Positions 10,269 through 20,457 of a stretch of 64,000 bases of DNA are shown here, piece after piece. This DNA comes from Candidatus Spongiisociaceae bacterium. GTDB lineage: Bacteria > Actinomycetota > Acidimicrobiia > Spongiisociales > Spongiisociaceae. Where the stretch lies: positions 1,728,001 through 1,792,000 of the forward strand of contig CBDCOH010000002.1 in the NCBI GenBank assembly GCA_965219685.1, in the 5' to 3' direction. The stretch's first letter is position 1. Every line of letters starts with the position of its first letter. The notes under the pieces are model-generated. The model was not told the origin of the DNA and searched no databases. It was given only the letters and a program-made list of their open reading frames with translations. Both the position numbers and the translations under genes were made by a program.

Positions 10269-11275
10269 GGCGTCGGTGTGAGCGGAACCGGTAGGTTCGA
10301 GCGGGCGGAACGTTTGGCCGCGTCCACGATGGCGTGGGCTAGCCGGGCTTTACGGAGAGTCATCTCCGGCTGGGTCCCTTCGCGCACCGAGCGTATGAAA
10401 TGGTCGAGGGAGGCGGCGAGATCTCCGCTCACCCGCCCCCGCGTGACCGGCCAGTGGGCCAGATCCGGTAGCGTCATCCCGTCCCCGTCCACCATGGTCA
10501 GCCCATGGTTGGAACCGTCCACGAACACGCCGCCCTCGGTACCCACCACCTGCAGCGAGGCGTCGAGGGGCGCGGGAATCGAAGGAGGCAGTACCCAACT
10601 CGTCTCGAGCGACCCGATGATCCCGTTCTCGAACCTAACCAGCACCATGGCGGCGTCGTCATGGCCGTGGGCAGCCGACCGTCGGGAGATGGTCTCGGCG
10701 TAGACGCGGGCGACCGGCGAGCCGGCCAGCCATGCCATGACGTCGAGGTCGTGGATGCCGGTGGAGATGAGCAGATCCGTCCAGACGCCGTAGATCTCCG
10801 CACCCAGCGAGGAGCCCCGGCGGCGAACGAAGATCGTGTGGATATCGCCCAGGCGACCGGAGGATGCCGCCTGGTACGTCTCCGAGTAGCGGGGATCGAA
10901 TCGGAGGATGAAGTTGACCATGGCTAGGACGCCGGTGTCCTCGATGTCGGATATCAGCCGATCGGTCTCCGCGAGGGAGGGCGCCAGCGGTTTCTCCAGA
11001 AGCAGGTGCTTTCCGGCCCGGGCGAGCGGTACGGCGACGCCATGCCGGTGATGCTCGGGCACCGCGACGGACACCGCGGTGAATTCACAGTTTCCGAGCA
11101 GGTCGGAGACCTCCGTGAACCAGGGCACCCCGAGCGGCTCGGCGACCGCCCGTGCACTGCCCTCGTCGACGTCCACGACTCCCACCAACTCCGCCAGTGG
11201 ATGCTCCCGGTAGATGCGGGCGTGAAGGGAACCGATCGCCCCCACCCCGACCACCGCGGTTCGAAGGGCTGTCAT
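10265..11275 (-). CDS. Gfo/Idh/MocA oxidoreductase
   Basis: VVGVGAIG, GKHLLLEKP, GIHDLD; ATGA overlaps at both ends. Confidence 0.93.
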   Translation of the reverse strand: MTALRTAVVGVGAIGSLHARIYREHPLAELVGVVDVDEGSARAVAEPLGVPWFTEVSDLLGNCEFTAVSVAVPEHHRHGVAVPLARAGKHLLLEKPLAPSLAETDRLISDIEDTGVLAMVNFILRFDPRYSETYQAASSGRLGDIHTIFVRRRGSSLGAEIYGVWTDLLISTGIHDLDVMAWLAGSPVARVYAETISRRSAAHGHDDAAMVLVRFENGIIGSLETSWVLPPSIPAPLDASLQVVGTEGGVFVDGSNHGLTMVDGDGMTLPDLAHWPVTRGRVSGDLAASLDHFIRSVREGTQPEMTLRKARLAHAIVDAAKRSARSNLPVPLTPTP

Positions 11276-12039
11276 CGGGGTTGGCGGCCCGGAACGAAGG
11301 CGCGGTCATGGCCGGGCATGACCGTGGTCGGTCTGAGGGCGTGGATGCGGTCGAGGCTGGCGTGGAGACCTCTCAACTGGTCGTCCGTGTACCAGTGGGA
11401 GAAGGTCCGCTCCGAGTACTCGCGGCGGGTCATCACCGTATCGCCGGCCACCACCACCCGGTCGCCCGCCTGCGAATCGGCAAGCACGCTGATATGGCCC
11501 GGGGTGTGCCCCGGAGTGGAGACAGCCACCACACCCGGCATGAGTTCCAATTCCCCTCCCCGCGGGACCTCGGTCAGCTTCCCCATCACCGCCAGGCGGG
11601 CAGCCGTTTCCTCCGGACCGTACAACTCCTCACAGAAATCGGCCTCTCCCTGTCCCATCACGAGTTCGGCCCCAGGAAGCCTGAAGGCGCTCCCCATATG
11701 GTCGTGGTGGCAATGGGTGCACACCACCACGTCGATCTGGCCGGGAGTGAGACCGAAACGGGACAGCCCGATCCCCAACTGCCCGTAGAAACCGGTGTGA
11801 TGGTTGCCGGGATCGACCACGATGTTCCGCTCCCCCCTGATCAATACCGTGGTCGACACCGGAAGGAACCCGAGGTTGGAGTCGAACAACGCATCCTTGG
11901 CCGGGTCGATGCCCATCATCGTCTCCATCCGGTCCAGCATCGCCTCGGTGTCCGAAGCGAAGTAGTAGACCACCTCATCCTCCGACAGCGAGAACCTCAG
12001 CACCACCGGCTGTATGACCACATCGATTCGATTCGGCAT
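11272..12039 (-). CDS. Metallo-beta-lactamase-fold hydrolase (lactonase-like)
   Basis: THCHHDHMG, TPGHTPGH, AGD, PGHD motifs. Confidence 0.92.
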   Translation of the reverse strand: MPNRIDVVIQPVVLRFSLSEDEVVYYFASDTEAMLDRMETMMGIDPAKDALFDSNLGFLPVSTTVLIRGERNIVVDPGNHHTGFYGQLGIGLSRFGLTPGQIDVVVCTHCHHDHMGSAFRLPGAELVMGQGEADFCEELYGPEETAARLAVMGKLTEVPRGGELELMPGVVAVSTPGHTPGHISVLADSQAGDRVVVAGDTVMTRREYSERTFSHWYTDDQLRGLHASLDRIHALRPTTVMPGHDRAFVPGRQPR

Positions 12040-12080
12040 CCTGTTTCAGCTCCTCTCGAAGGCTGAGCGGTCCTGCCGGA

Positions 12081-12920
12081 TCATCTCTCCACGCCCGCGG
12101 TGATGACCTCGGTGATGTTCCTCTGGAAGACCGCAGTTATCAGAATCACCGGTAGGGCGGTGACCACCGTGGCTGCGGCCAGCTGGCCGATTGCGATGTC
12201 CATGGTAGAGCGGAACAAACCGAGCGTGACAGTCAGTATCGACAGGTCGCTGGTGAACAGCAGCGGCGTCAGGAACTCGATCCAAGCCAGGACAAAGCCG
12301 AGCAGCAGGCCGGCGAGTATCCCCGGGCGCAGCAGCGGCAGCACGATCCGGACGAGGAGTTGCAACAGGTTCGCCCCGTCGATGCGGGCCATCTCCTCGA
12401 CCGACACGGGTATCGAACGCACGAACGAGCCCATGATCCACACCATGAACGGCAAGGTGAAAGCCACGTACGGGAGGACCAGACCCAGGTACGTGTCGTA
12501 CAGGCCGAGCTGCACCACCGTTATGAACAGCGGAAGGACGAACAGCAGGGTGGGCAGGACATAGATGGCGGCGAACCCCCCGAGGACGATCCGCCGGCCC
12601 GGAACCCTCATCCTGTTCAGCGCGTACGCGGCGGGGACCGCGATCGCCACCGTGAGAACGGAAGAACCCACTGCGACAATCAGGCTGTTGACCATCGACT
12701 CGGTCACCGGCACGCCGGAGTCCTCGGAGAATATCTGCCCGTAGTGTTCGGTGGTGACGTAGGTCGGCGCGAACGCCACGTCCCGGGAGCGGATGTCCCG
12801 CTCCGTCTGGACGCTCGTCAGCACGATGCCGTAAAGCGGGAAGGCCATCACCACGAGGACCACGGCCGCCAATCCGTAGGTGGCGACCTGGGTCCAGCGT
12901 GATCCGGAACGGCTACCCAT
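12081..12920 (-). CDS. Carbohydrate ABC transporter permease (MalG-like)
   Basis: EAA motif VEEMARIDGA; start MGSRSGSRW at 12920. Confidence 0.9.
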   Translation of the reverse strand: MGSRSGSRWTQVATYGLAAVVLVVMAFPLYGIVLTSVQTERDIRSRDVAFAPTYVTTEHYGQIFSEDSGVPVTESMVNSLIVAVGSSVLTVAIAVPAAYALNRMRVPGRRIVLGGFAAIYVLPTLLFVLPLFITVVQLGLYDTYLGLVLPYVAFTLPFMVWIMGSFVRSIPVSVEEMARIDGANLLQLLVRIVLPLLRPGILAGLLLGFVLAWIEFLTPLLFTSDLSILTVTLGLFRSTMDIAIGQLAAATVVTALPVILITAVFQRNITEVITAGVER

Positions 12921-12922
12921 GT

Positions 12923-13849
12923 CTAGTCCCGCACCAGCCGCCGCGTCCGGTACAGCATCCAACCCAGCCCCGCGATCGCCAGAACGGTCAGTGCCGACAG
13001 CAGGTACGCGCTCGCAGCGGCGCTTCCGAAGTCGAACTGTTCGAAGCCCTGCCTGTACACGAGGAAGTTGAGCGTGGTCGTCGCCCGGCTCGGGCCGCCC
13101 CGGGTGAGGACGAAGATCGTGTCGAAGACCTTCATCGCCCAGACGAACAGGAAGATCACGACCGGGACGACCACCGGGAGCATCAGGGGGAGGGTGACAT
13201 AGCGGAAGGTGCGCCAAGAGCCGGCCCCGTCGATGGCGGCCGCCTCGCGCACCGTCCGGGGAACGGTCTGCAAACCGGCCAGCAGGAAGATCGTGGCGAA
13301 CGGAATCCACCGCCACACTTCGGCGATCAGCACCGAGTGGAGCGCTATGACCTGGCCTCCCAACCAGATCACACTCCCCTCTCCCCCGAAGGCCCTGATA
13401 AGGCCGTTCAGGAAGCCGAACTCTGCGTGGAACATCTGGACCCACAGGACGCCGGACGCGACCGGGGGAACCGCCCAGGGCAGCAGCACGGTGACCCTCA
13501 CGAGGCCCCTGCCCATGAAGGTCCTGTTCAGGAGCAGAGCGATCAGGAACGAGAGGACCACCGTCGCCAGGCAGAGCATCACGCCGAAGTAGACGGTTAT
13601 ACCCGTCGCCTCCCAGAATCCGGAACTCGTCAGTTGGCGTACGAAGTTCCGCAGGCCCACGAAGCCGGTGATCCGGAAGCGGGGAGACAGGTCTATCGAG
13701 GCGAGGCTGTAGAGGACCGTGGAGACGGCCGGGTACGCGTACACGCCCGCCACCAGCAGAACCGCCGGGGCCACCATCGCCACCGCGGCCCTCCGGCCGG
13801 GCAGGCGAGTCGAGCCGGTCTCCCCGCCTGCCGGGATGTCACCGGTCAT
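12923..13849 (-). CDS. Carbohydrate ABC transporter permease (MalF-like)
   Basis: LLAGLQTVP...EAAAIDGA, VFDTIFVLTRGGP. Confidence 0.9.
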   Translation of the reverse strand: MTGDIPAGGETGSTRLPGRRAAVAMVAPAVLLVAGVYAYPAVSTVLYSLASIDLSPRFRITGFVGLRNFVRQLTSSGFWEATGITVYFGVMLCLATVVLSFLIALLLNRTFMGRGLVRVTVLLPWAVPPVASGVLWVQMFHAEFGFLNGLIRAFGGEGSVIWLGGQVIALHSVLIAEVWRWIPFATIFLLAGLQTVPRTVREAAAIDGAGSWRTFRYVTLPLMLPVVVPVVIFLFVWAMKVFDTIFVLTRGGPSRATTTLNFLVYRQGFEQFDFGSAAASAYLLSALTVLAIAGLGWMLYRTRRLVRD

Positions 13850-13868
13850 GGGCTCGGGAGGTGATGTC

Positions 13869-15239
13869 TTACGACTCGTCCTGCCTTCTGGCTTCTGAGG
13901 CCGCGGCCGCGGCGTCGTCGAGAGCCTGGCGGGGCGACTTGCGGTCGGCGAGTACCTCGTGGATCTCGTCGGCCAGCATCTGGGTCCAGCGGGGCCGGTC
14001 CTCCGACCAACCACCGTCCACCGGATACTCGTAGGCCTTGGCCAGCGCCGGGTAGAAGGGGAAGGCCTCCACGATGTCGGGTTCCTGCAGGATGCCGTTG
14101 TAGATGGATCCCCATCCGCCCATCGCCACCACCCGCTGACCCTCGCGAGAGGAGATCAGGTCGAGCAGCCGCCAGGCCTCGTCCTTGTTCTCGGAGTAGA
14201 CCGGGACGCCGAAGAACTCGGAACCGTCCACGGATCCGCTGGTCTCCACCGCCGGGTTGGGGGCGAAGGCGCTGTGACCCGCGATCTGGGAGGCGTCGGG
14301 AAGCGCCGCAACTCCCGCCACGAATGGCCATGAGATGAACATGCCCCGGGTTCCTTCGAAGAACCCCGGTGCGGCATCGAACACCCAGGTGTAGGTGGCG
14401 ACAGCCGGGTCGATCACCTGGTGGGTGTGGAGCAGGTCGTAGAGCTTCTGCAACGCCTCCACACCGGCTTCGGAGTTCCAGGCCGGCTGCGACTCCTCGT
14501 CGAGGAAGCTGCCGCCGTGCATGTTGAGCATGCCGCCCCAGGTCCAGAGGACGTGCTTGTCAGCCCAGGCGTCCGTGTAGCCGTAGTACTGCACGCCGTC
14601 GCGCTCGCCGGTCATGGCCTTGGCATACTCGACGAAGGTGTCCCACGAGTTGGGAGTTGAGTGCCAGTCGGTCGGTGCATCCGGGTCCAGCCCTGCCTGC
14701 TCCATCAACTGCTTGTTCCAGTGGAGCAACTGGCTGCCCATCGTCCAAGGCACGGCGAGGGTGTCCTCACCCACCTCCACCGCTCCCATTCCCCTGGTGA
14801 GCAGATCACCTTCGGGGCGAACCCGCTCGTCCATGAAGATGCTGGCGTTGGTGAGCCATCCCCGGGTACCGAGCTCGGCGCCCAACTCCGCCGTGACGAA
14901 GACCGCGTCCCAGGGGGAACTCTGCGCGAGGAAGGAGGTGGTGAGCTTGCTCCGCAAGTCGGGAGTGGTCACCTCCTCGACATTGGGGGCGAACCCGACC
15001 GCCGACTCGTGCTGGCCCAGGATCTGCTTGATGGGATCCATGTGTGTGCCTATCAACACACCCAACTGGCCGGTGAAGTCCTCACCCGGCTCGGCTCCTT
15101 CATCTATGGGGTCGCCCTCTCCGCAGGCCGCCAGCAGTGCGGACAACCCGCCCATGGCGGCGAACGCCGTTAGGGCGGAACCGCCACGAAGAACCTGGCG
15201 ACGTGTGAAGAGCCGTGGGTCGTATCCCTTGGGTACCAA
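13869..15239 (-). CDS. Family-1 extracellular solute-binding lipoprotein (Tat signal)
   Basis: TRRQVLR twin-arginine motif plus LLAAC lipobox; LLHWNKQLMEQAGL; TTG start behind AGGAG. Confidence 0.9.
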   Translation of the reverse strand: MVPKGYDPRLFTRRQVLRGGSALTAFAAMGGLSALLAACGEGDPIDEGAEPGEDFTGQLGVLIGTHMDPIKQILGQHESAVGFAPNVEEVTTPDLRSKLTTSFLAQSSPWDAVFVTAELGAELGTRGWLTNASIFMDERVRPEGDLLTRGMGAVEVGEDTLAVPWTMGSQLLHWNKQLMEQAGLDPDAPTDWHSTPNSWDTFVEYAKAMTGERDGVQYYGYTDAWADKHVLWTWGGMLNMHGGSFLDEESQPAWNSEAGVEALQKLYDLLHTHQVIDPAVATYTWVFDAAPGFFEGTRGMFISWPFVAGVAALPDASQIAGHSAFAPNPAVETSGSVDGSEFFGVPVYSENKDEAWRLLDLISSREGQRVVAMGGWGSIYNGILQEPDIVEAFPFYPALAKAYEYPVDGGWSEDRPRWTQMLADEIHEVLADRKSPRQALDDAAAAASEARRQDES

Positions 15240-15412
15240 GACGATCTCCTATCGGTTAGACGGTGGGTCCAGACGATCATAGTTAGCCGATGCCAAGCGC
15301 GGTCCGCCAGGCTGTCGTCGGCCGGTGCTGCAGTTCCGTGCCGCGCGGCAGATGGTGGGAGGTCCCATACCGGGAACGGAGGACTACGCCGAAGGATGCT
15401 CCGGATCGGGCT

Positions 15413-17752
15413 TCACAAACAGTCCGCGGAGCCGGTCACGAGGTCGGATGGGCGAACCGGAACCCGCGCCAGTTCGAGTCCGGTCGCGTCGCGGAGGGCG
15501 TTGACGATGGCCGGGGTGGAGGAGAGCGTCGGTGGCTCGCCCACGCCGTTGAGACCGTACGGCGAGTCGGGATGCGGGAACTCGAAGAGGCGGACCTTCA
15601 TGGGCGGCATGTCGACAATGGTGGGAACCAGGTAATCGGTGAACGATGCGTTCTTCACCACCCCGCCGGCCATCTGCACCTCTTCGAGCAGGGCGAGTCC
15701 GAGACCCTGGGCGCTGCCGCCCTCGACCTGGCCCTCCACGGCCTCGGGGTTGATCGCCTTGCCCACATCCTGGGCAGCGGCCAGCTCCACCACGCGCACC
15801 AGACCGAGTTCGGTGTCCACGTCGACCACCGCCCGGTGCGCGGCGTAGGCGAAGGCGATGTGGGCGTCGCCCTGGCCCGCGAACTCGTCGATTGCCTCGG
15901 TGGGCCGGTGGTGGTACTCGAACGTGGCCTCTACCGCGCCGTCCGCGAGGAGATCCGCCATCGGCAGGAGGAGTTCGCCGGTCGCTACGTGACCGACACC
16001 TCCGTCGACGAGGCCCAGGTCCTGCGGATCGCAGCCGAGCCGTAACGAAGCTCTCGCCAACAAAGAGTCTCGGACACGTTCGCAGGCCCCTTTGACCGCT
16101 CCTCCGGTCATCCAGGTCTGGCGGGAGGCTGCCGACGACCCTGCATCGCCGATGAGCGTGTCCGCGGACCGTACCACCACCGCGTCGATCCCCAGCTCGG
16201 TCCGCGCGATCTGCGCTTGCACCGCCACTATGCCCTGGCCGCACTCCGAGGCGGCGCTGTACACCTCCACCAGAGGCGCTCGGCCGACCATCGACACGGT
16301 GACCCGGGCGGTCGAGTAGTCGTCCACCCCGCCGGAGAACCCGATCGCCTTCATTCCGAGGGCGTACCCCACTCCCCTCACCACACCCTCTCCGCGGGTC
16401 GTGTTGCCGACGCCGCCGGGAAGCCCTCGCAGATCCGTACGGCTACCGGCCGAGTCGGGCGGCATGGGCAGGTCCCGCAGATGCTCCAGCAGTTCGATGG
16501 TCGGGGTCGGGCCGTCCACGGGCTGGCCGGTCGGGAGGAGACAGCCCTCCCCGATGGCGTTAGCCGTGCGGAGTTCCAGCGGATGGATGTCGAGCGCCCG
16601 GGCCAGCTTGTCCATGGCCGACTCGATCGCGTAGCAGGCCTGGACCGCGCCGAAGCCGCGCATGGCGCCCCGCGGCGGGTTGTTGGTGTACACCGCGTAG
16701 CCGTCGATCTCGACATGGTCGACCTGGTAGGCGCCGGCCGCGAAGTAGGAGGCGTTGGCGATGACGATCTGAGACGTGGACGTGTACGCGCCTCCGTCGA
16801 GGAGGAGACGGGCCTTGGTAAAGACGAGCCGCCCGTCCGGCCTTGCCCCGAGTTCGATCCGGATCCGGGACGGATGCCGGTGGACGTGGCCCACGAAGGA
16901 CTCCTCGCGGTTGTAGGCCATCTTGACGGGGCGACCCATCCGCAATGCCAGCATGCAGGCGTGGATATGCACCGAGATGTCCTCCCTGCCTCCGAAAGCT
17001 CCACCGACCCCGCTCAGGGTCAGGCGTACCCGGCTCGGCTCCAGCCCGAGAGCTGCCGCTATCTGGCGGCGGTCGTCATGGATCCATTGGGAGGCCACAT
17101 AGAGGTCGATGCCCCCGCTTCCATCCGGTATGGCCAGACCGGCCTCCGGCCCGAGGAAGGCAGGATCCTGGACCCCCGTGCTGTACTCCCCTTCCACCAA
17201 CACCTCGGCTCGCCCCCTCGCGGAGGAAACATCCCCGTGGCGGATGCGAACATGACGTGCCACGTTCCCACCGGAGGCGATCGGATCCCCCGCCCCCGAC
17301 AGGGCCGCCTCCGGATCGGTGAGCGGCACCAGCAACGCGTAGGAGACGCGGACAGCGTCCACCGCCCGGCGGGCCGTTTCGGGATGGTCGGCGGCCACGA
17401 TCGCCACCGGCTCCCCGACGTAGCGGACCTCGTGGGCAGCGAGGACGGGCTGGTCGGCCACCTTGATACCGTAGAAGCGATGCCCCGGTACGTCCTCGGC
17501 GGTCAGCACGGTGGCGACACCGCGGATCGCCAGAGCGGGTGCGACATCGATGCCGACGATACGGGCCCTGGGGTGCGGACTCCTCACGGTGGCGCCCCAC
17601 AGCATCCCGTCGATGTGGAGGTCGGAGGCGTATGCGAAGCGTCCCAACACCTTGAGCGGCGCATCGGGACGCGGGGCTGACGTACCGACCCCGCGTGCAT
17701 GGGCCGTGCGGTCACGAACCTTCGTGTCCAGTTGCTGGCGAACTCCCGTCAT
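15413..17752 (-). CDS. Xanthine dehydrogenase-family molybdopterin-binding subunit (PucD/XdhA-like)
   Basis: GGAFGG, AMRGFG, GQVEGG, catalytic GVGEPP. Confidence 0.94.
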   Translation of the reverse strand: MTGVRQQLDTKVRDRTAHARGVGTSAPRPDAPLKVLGRFAYASDLHIDGMLWGATVRSPHPRARIVGIDVAPALAIRGVATVLTAEDVPGHRFYGIKVADQPVLAAHEVRYVGEPVAIVAADHPETARRAVDAVRVSYALLVPLTDPEAALSGAGDPIASGGNVARHVRIRHGDVSSARGRAEVLVEGEYSTGVQDPAFLGPEAGLAIPDGSGGIDLYVASQWIHDDRRQIAAALGLEPSRVRLTLSGVGGAFGGREDISVHIHACMLALRMGRPVKMAYNREESFVGHVHRHPSRIRIELGARPDGRLVFTKARLLLDGGAYTSTSQIVIANASYFAAGAYQVDHVEIDGYAVYTNNPPRGAMRGFGAVQACYAIESAMDKLARALDIHPLELRTANAIGEGCLLPTGQPVDGPTPTIELLEHLRDLPMPPDSAGSRTDLRGLPGGVGNTTRGEGVVRGVGYALGMKAIGFSGGVDDYSTARVTVSMVGRAPLVEVYSAASECGQGIVAVQAQIARTELGIDAVVVRSADTLIGDAGSSAASRQTWMTGGAVKGACERVRDSLLARASLRLGCDPQDLGLVDGGVGHVATGELLLPMADLLADGAVEATFEYHHRPTEAIDEFAGQGDAHIAFAYAAHRAVVDVDTELGLVRVVELAAAQDVGKAINPEAVEGQVEGGSAQGLGLALLEEVQMAGGVVKNASFTDYLVPTIVDMPPMKVRLFEFPHPDSPYGLNGVGEPPTLSSTPAIVNALRDATGLELARVPVRPSDLVTGSADCL

Positions 17753-18744
17753 GCGCGGCAGCCTTCGAGGCCGGACCGCAGCACTCCCCGGTCGAGGTTA
17801 CGACCGACGAACACGAGCCGGCTGCCCCGGCTACCTTTCCATCGCCCACCCGGATACATCTCGAACAGGCTGTGCACCCCTTGGAGAATGGTCTGGTGGG
17901 GTCGCCGGTCCACGGCGAGTATTCCTTTGATCCGGTAGATGTCGGCCGACCGCGTAGCGGTGAGGTTATGGAGCCATTCCGTCAGCTTCGCTTCGTCCAA
18001 GTCGCCTGGGACGTCGAGGCTGACGGCCTCCGTTCCTGGATCACTGGAGGGGATGTAGGTGTCTTCGAGGAACCCGTCCCCCGCCGACGCGGGAGATCCG
18101 GCGAATGCCTGTATTCCGAGTATCTCGTCCGGGTCGACTCTCGAGTAGCAGGATCTGATGACGGGGGCGGTGTTGTTGAACTCGCTGATCCGAGCTTCCG
18201 TGTTCCGCAGGGCATCTGCCTCGACCAGGTCGATCTTGTTGAGAACGATCCGGTCGGCGCACAGGATCTGGTCCACCACCCTGCTGTCGGGCCGCTCAGG
18301 GCCGAACGCGTCCAGGTGGGCGTCGACGTGCTTGGCGTCGACCACGGTCACAATCCCGTCGACCGCTATGCGATCGGCCAGTTCGTCGACGAATAGCGCC
18401 TGGGTGACCGGTACCGGGTCGGCGACGCCGCTGGTCTCGATCACCACGTAGTCGGGCGGTTCGGGGCGGGCCATCAGCTGGCGGATCGTGGCGGCCAGGT
18501 CGTTGCGAACCGAGAGCGTGCAGCACACACATCCGTTGGCCATCTCGATCACTTCCTCGTCGGAGGTGACGATGAGGTCGCCGTCGATTCCGATCTCGCC
18601 GAACTCGTTCACTATCACCGCTATGCGCCGTCCGTGGTCCACCGAGAGTATGTGGTTGACCAGGGTGGTCTTTCCGGCGCCCAGGAAGCCTGTCAGGACC
18701 GTGACGCTCGGGCCGGTACGAGTTTTCGCGAATGGCGGCCTCAT
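17749..18744 (-). CDS. COG0523/CobW-family metal-binding GTPase
   Basis: LTGFLGAGKTT, NEFGE, GCVCC, ETSG, LNKID, YRIKG, LVFVGR; ATGA overlaps with both neighbours. Confidence 0.94.
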   Translation of the reverse strand: MRPPFAKTRTGPSVTVLTGFLGAGKTTLVNHILSVDHGRRIAVIVNEFGEIGIDGDLIVTSDEEVIEMANGCVCCTLSVRNDLAATIRQLMARPEPPDYVVIETSGVADPVPVTQALFVDELADRIAVDGIVTVVDAKHVDAHLDAFGPERPDSRVVDQILCADRIVLNKIDLVEADALRNTEARISEFNNTAPVIRSCYSRVDPDEILGIQAFAGSPASAGDGFLEDTYIPSSDPGTEAVSLDVPGDLDEAKLTEWLHNLTATRSADIYRIKGILAVDRRPHQTILQGVHSLFEMYPGGRWKGSRGSRLVFVGRNLDRGVLRSGLEGCRA

Positions 18745-19208
18745 CCGAGCGCCATATCCGCGGCCAGCCGGACCGCGGAGACGATCTTCTCGTATCCGGT
18801 GCAGCGGCACAGATTCCCGGCCAGGGCCTCGCGGATCTCGTCGTCCGAGGGATGGGCGTTGGCATTGAGCAGGCTGTGCGTGGCGAGGATCAGACCGGGC
18901 GTGCAGAACCCGCACTGAACCGCACCCTCGGACACGTATGCCTGCTGGATCGGATGGAGGAGTTCCCCGTCCCCGAGGCCCTCCACCGTCAGCACCTCGG
19001 CGCCGTCCGCCTGGCCGGCCGCCACCAGGCACGCGCAGACAAGTTCACCGTCCAGGTACACGGAACATGATCCGCACTCTCCCTGTTCGCAGGCGTCCTT
19101 CGATCCCCTCAGACCCAGACGCTCCCTAAGCACGTAAAGCAGGCTCTCACCTGGCCACACGTTCTCGGCAGTGCGAGGCCTACCGTTGACCGTCAACTCG
19201 ATCAGCAC
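18741..19208 (-). CDS. Mo-hydroxylase [2Fe-2S] subunit
   Basis: CEQGECGSC, QCGFC, GNLCRCTGY. Confidence 0.94.
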   Translation of the reverse strand: MLIELTVNGRPRTAENVWPGESLLYVLRERLGLRGSKDACEQGECGSCSVYLDGELVCACLVAAGQADGAEVLTVEGLGDGELLHPIQQAYVSEGAVQCGFCTPGLILATHSLLNANAHPSDDEIREALAGNLCRCTGYEKIVSAVRLAADMALG

Positions 19209-20077
19209 GGTTCCCACTCCTCCAACGACGACCATGCCCAGCACAGGGTTCTGCGAGCCATGACCCGCAGTGCATGGACGCGGTAGCGCGCCGGACCGCG
19301 CACGTCGTCGATCGGCCGGGCGGCGGCTGCCACCAACCCGGCGAACCGATCCACAACTCCGCTGGGCAGTTCTCGATGATCCTCCCAGTAATCCCCTCTG
19401 GCGAGCTCGTGGTCCAAGTAGGCCGCCGCTTCCCTAGCCTCGATCGGGGTGGGGGCTGCGGAACCGATTCCCGTCCCGACGTGGCGGCTCGGCACATCCA
19501 ACGCGAGGGCGAAGGAGACCACCGCGATCACCATCGCGTTGCGCGTGCCCACCTTCGAGAACTGCTGGGGGCCTCGGGCGGCCGGGATCAGGACCGATCT
19601 GATCAGCTCGTCCGGCTCCAGCACGTTGCGCTTGGGACCGGTGAAGAAGTCGCCGATCGCCACATCCCGGACACCCCGCATCGATTCGATCCGGACCGTC
19701 GCACCCGTGGCGAGCAACGGGGGGTGCGCATCCCCGGCGGGGGAGGCCGTGGCCAGGTTGCCGGCGACGGTTCCCCGGTTGCGTATCTGGGGCGATCCGA
19801 CCGTCCGGGAGGCAATCGTCAGCGCAGGCAGGTCATGACTCAGGTGCTCCAGGACATCCGTGTACGTGACGCCGGCCCCGAGTTCAACCGTCCCGTTGCT
19901 CCTCCGCCATCCTTTGAGCTCGTCGAGGTGCGAGAGATCGAGCAGTGACGGCGGCCGGCGGCGGGCGAAGTTGATCTCGACCATGAGATCGGTGCCACCG
20001 CTGATCGGGACCGCGGCAGGGTTCTCCGTCTTCAGCGCTACTGCATCCTGCCAGGTGCAAGGTCGTAGGTAATCCAC
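19202..20077 (-). CDS. Mo-hydroxylase FAD-binding subunit
   Basis: SGGTDL, GSPQIRNRGTVAGN, PIDDVRG. Confidence 0.94.
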   Translation of the reverse strand: MDYLRPCTWQDAVALKTENPAAVPISGGTDLMVEINFARRRPPSLLDLSHLDELKGWRRSNGTVELGAGVTYTDVLEHLSHDLPALTIASRTVGSPQIRNRGTVAGNLATASPAGDAHPPLLATGATVRIESMRGVRDVAIGDFFTGPKRNVLEPDELIRSVLIPAARGPQQFSKVGTRNAMVIAVVSFALALDVPSRHVGTGIGSAAPTPIEAREAAAYLDHELARGDYWEDHRELPSGVVDRFAGLVAAAARPIDDVRGPARYRVHALRVMARRTLCWAWSSLEEWEPC

Positions 20078-20155
20078 TCCCGGTTTCTCTTCCGGCGGCC
20101 CCCGATGCTAGTGGGCGGTATCGGGCGGGTGACGATCCACACATCCAGTCCTGAT

Positions 20156-20190
20156 TAGTCCCTAGTCGATAATCCATAGCTTTTAGTTGG
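20156..20190. repeat. Degenerate 7-bp tandem array (5 units)
   Basis: TAGTCCC TAGTCGA TAATCCA TAGCTTT TAGTTGG. Confidence 0.55.
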
Positions 20191-20269
20191 TGTGCAACGG
20201 TTAATAGAGGATCGAGTCATTTCCATCCTCCATAGCACTGTTCGGGTCTCGCGTGTGCACCGCGGGTGG

Positions 20270-20404
20270 CTCTTCGCGAGATGGCAGGCCCGGAGTCCGA
20301 GTCCAGGAACAGGGGCACACCAGTTACAGATGTGTTGTACAGCGTTGTGTAGCGACCATGGCGTACGGTCGCTTCTGGTCGGATCCCTTGGAACGACTCG
20401 TCTA
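20270..20404. promoter_or_regulatory. Copy B of the dispersed non-coding element
   Basis: Strong match to 52380-52514 (CCGAGT.CAGGAACAGG, AGTTACAGA, CAGCGTTGTGTAG, GTACGGTCGCTTC); lies upstream of the xdh operon. Confidence 0.75.
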
Positions 20405-20457
20405 GCTCGGATTCACGACGTGATAACTTTGAGTCCGGTCGATCACGGCGGGATTGC

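Noticed and set aside
20270-20457. Element B as a NiCo or yybP-ykoY metal riboswitch for the CDF-like gene
   Set aside because: The conserved motifs of those riboswitches are not visible, and copies A and C have no plus-strand gene downstream
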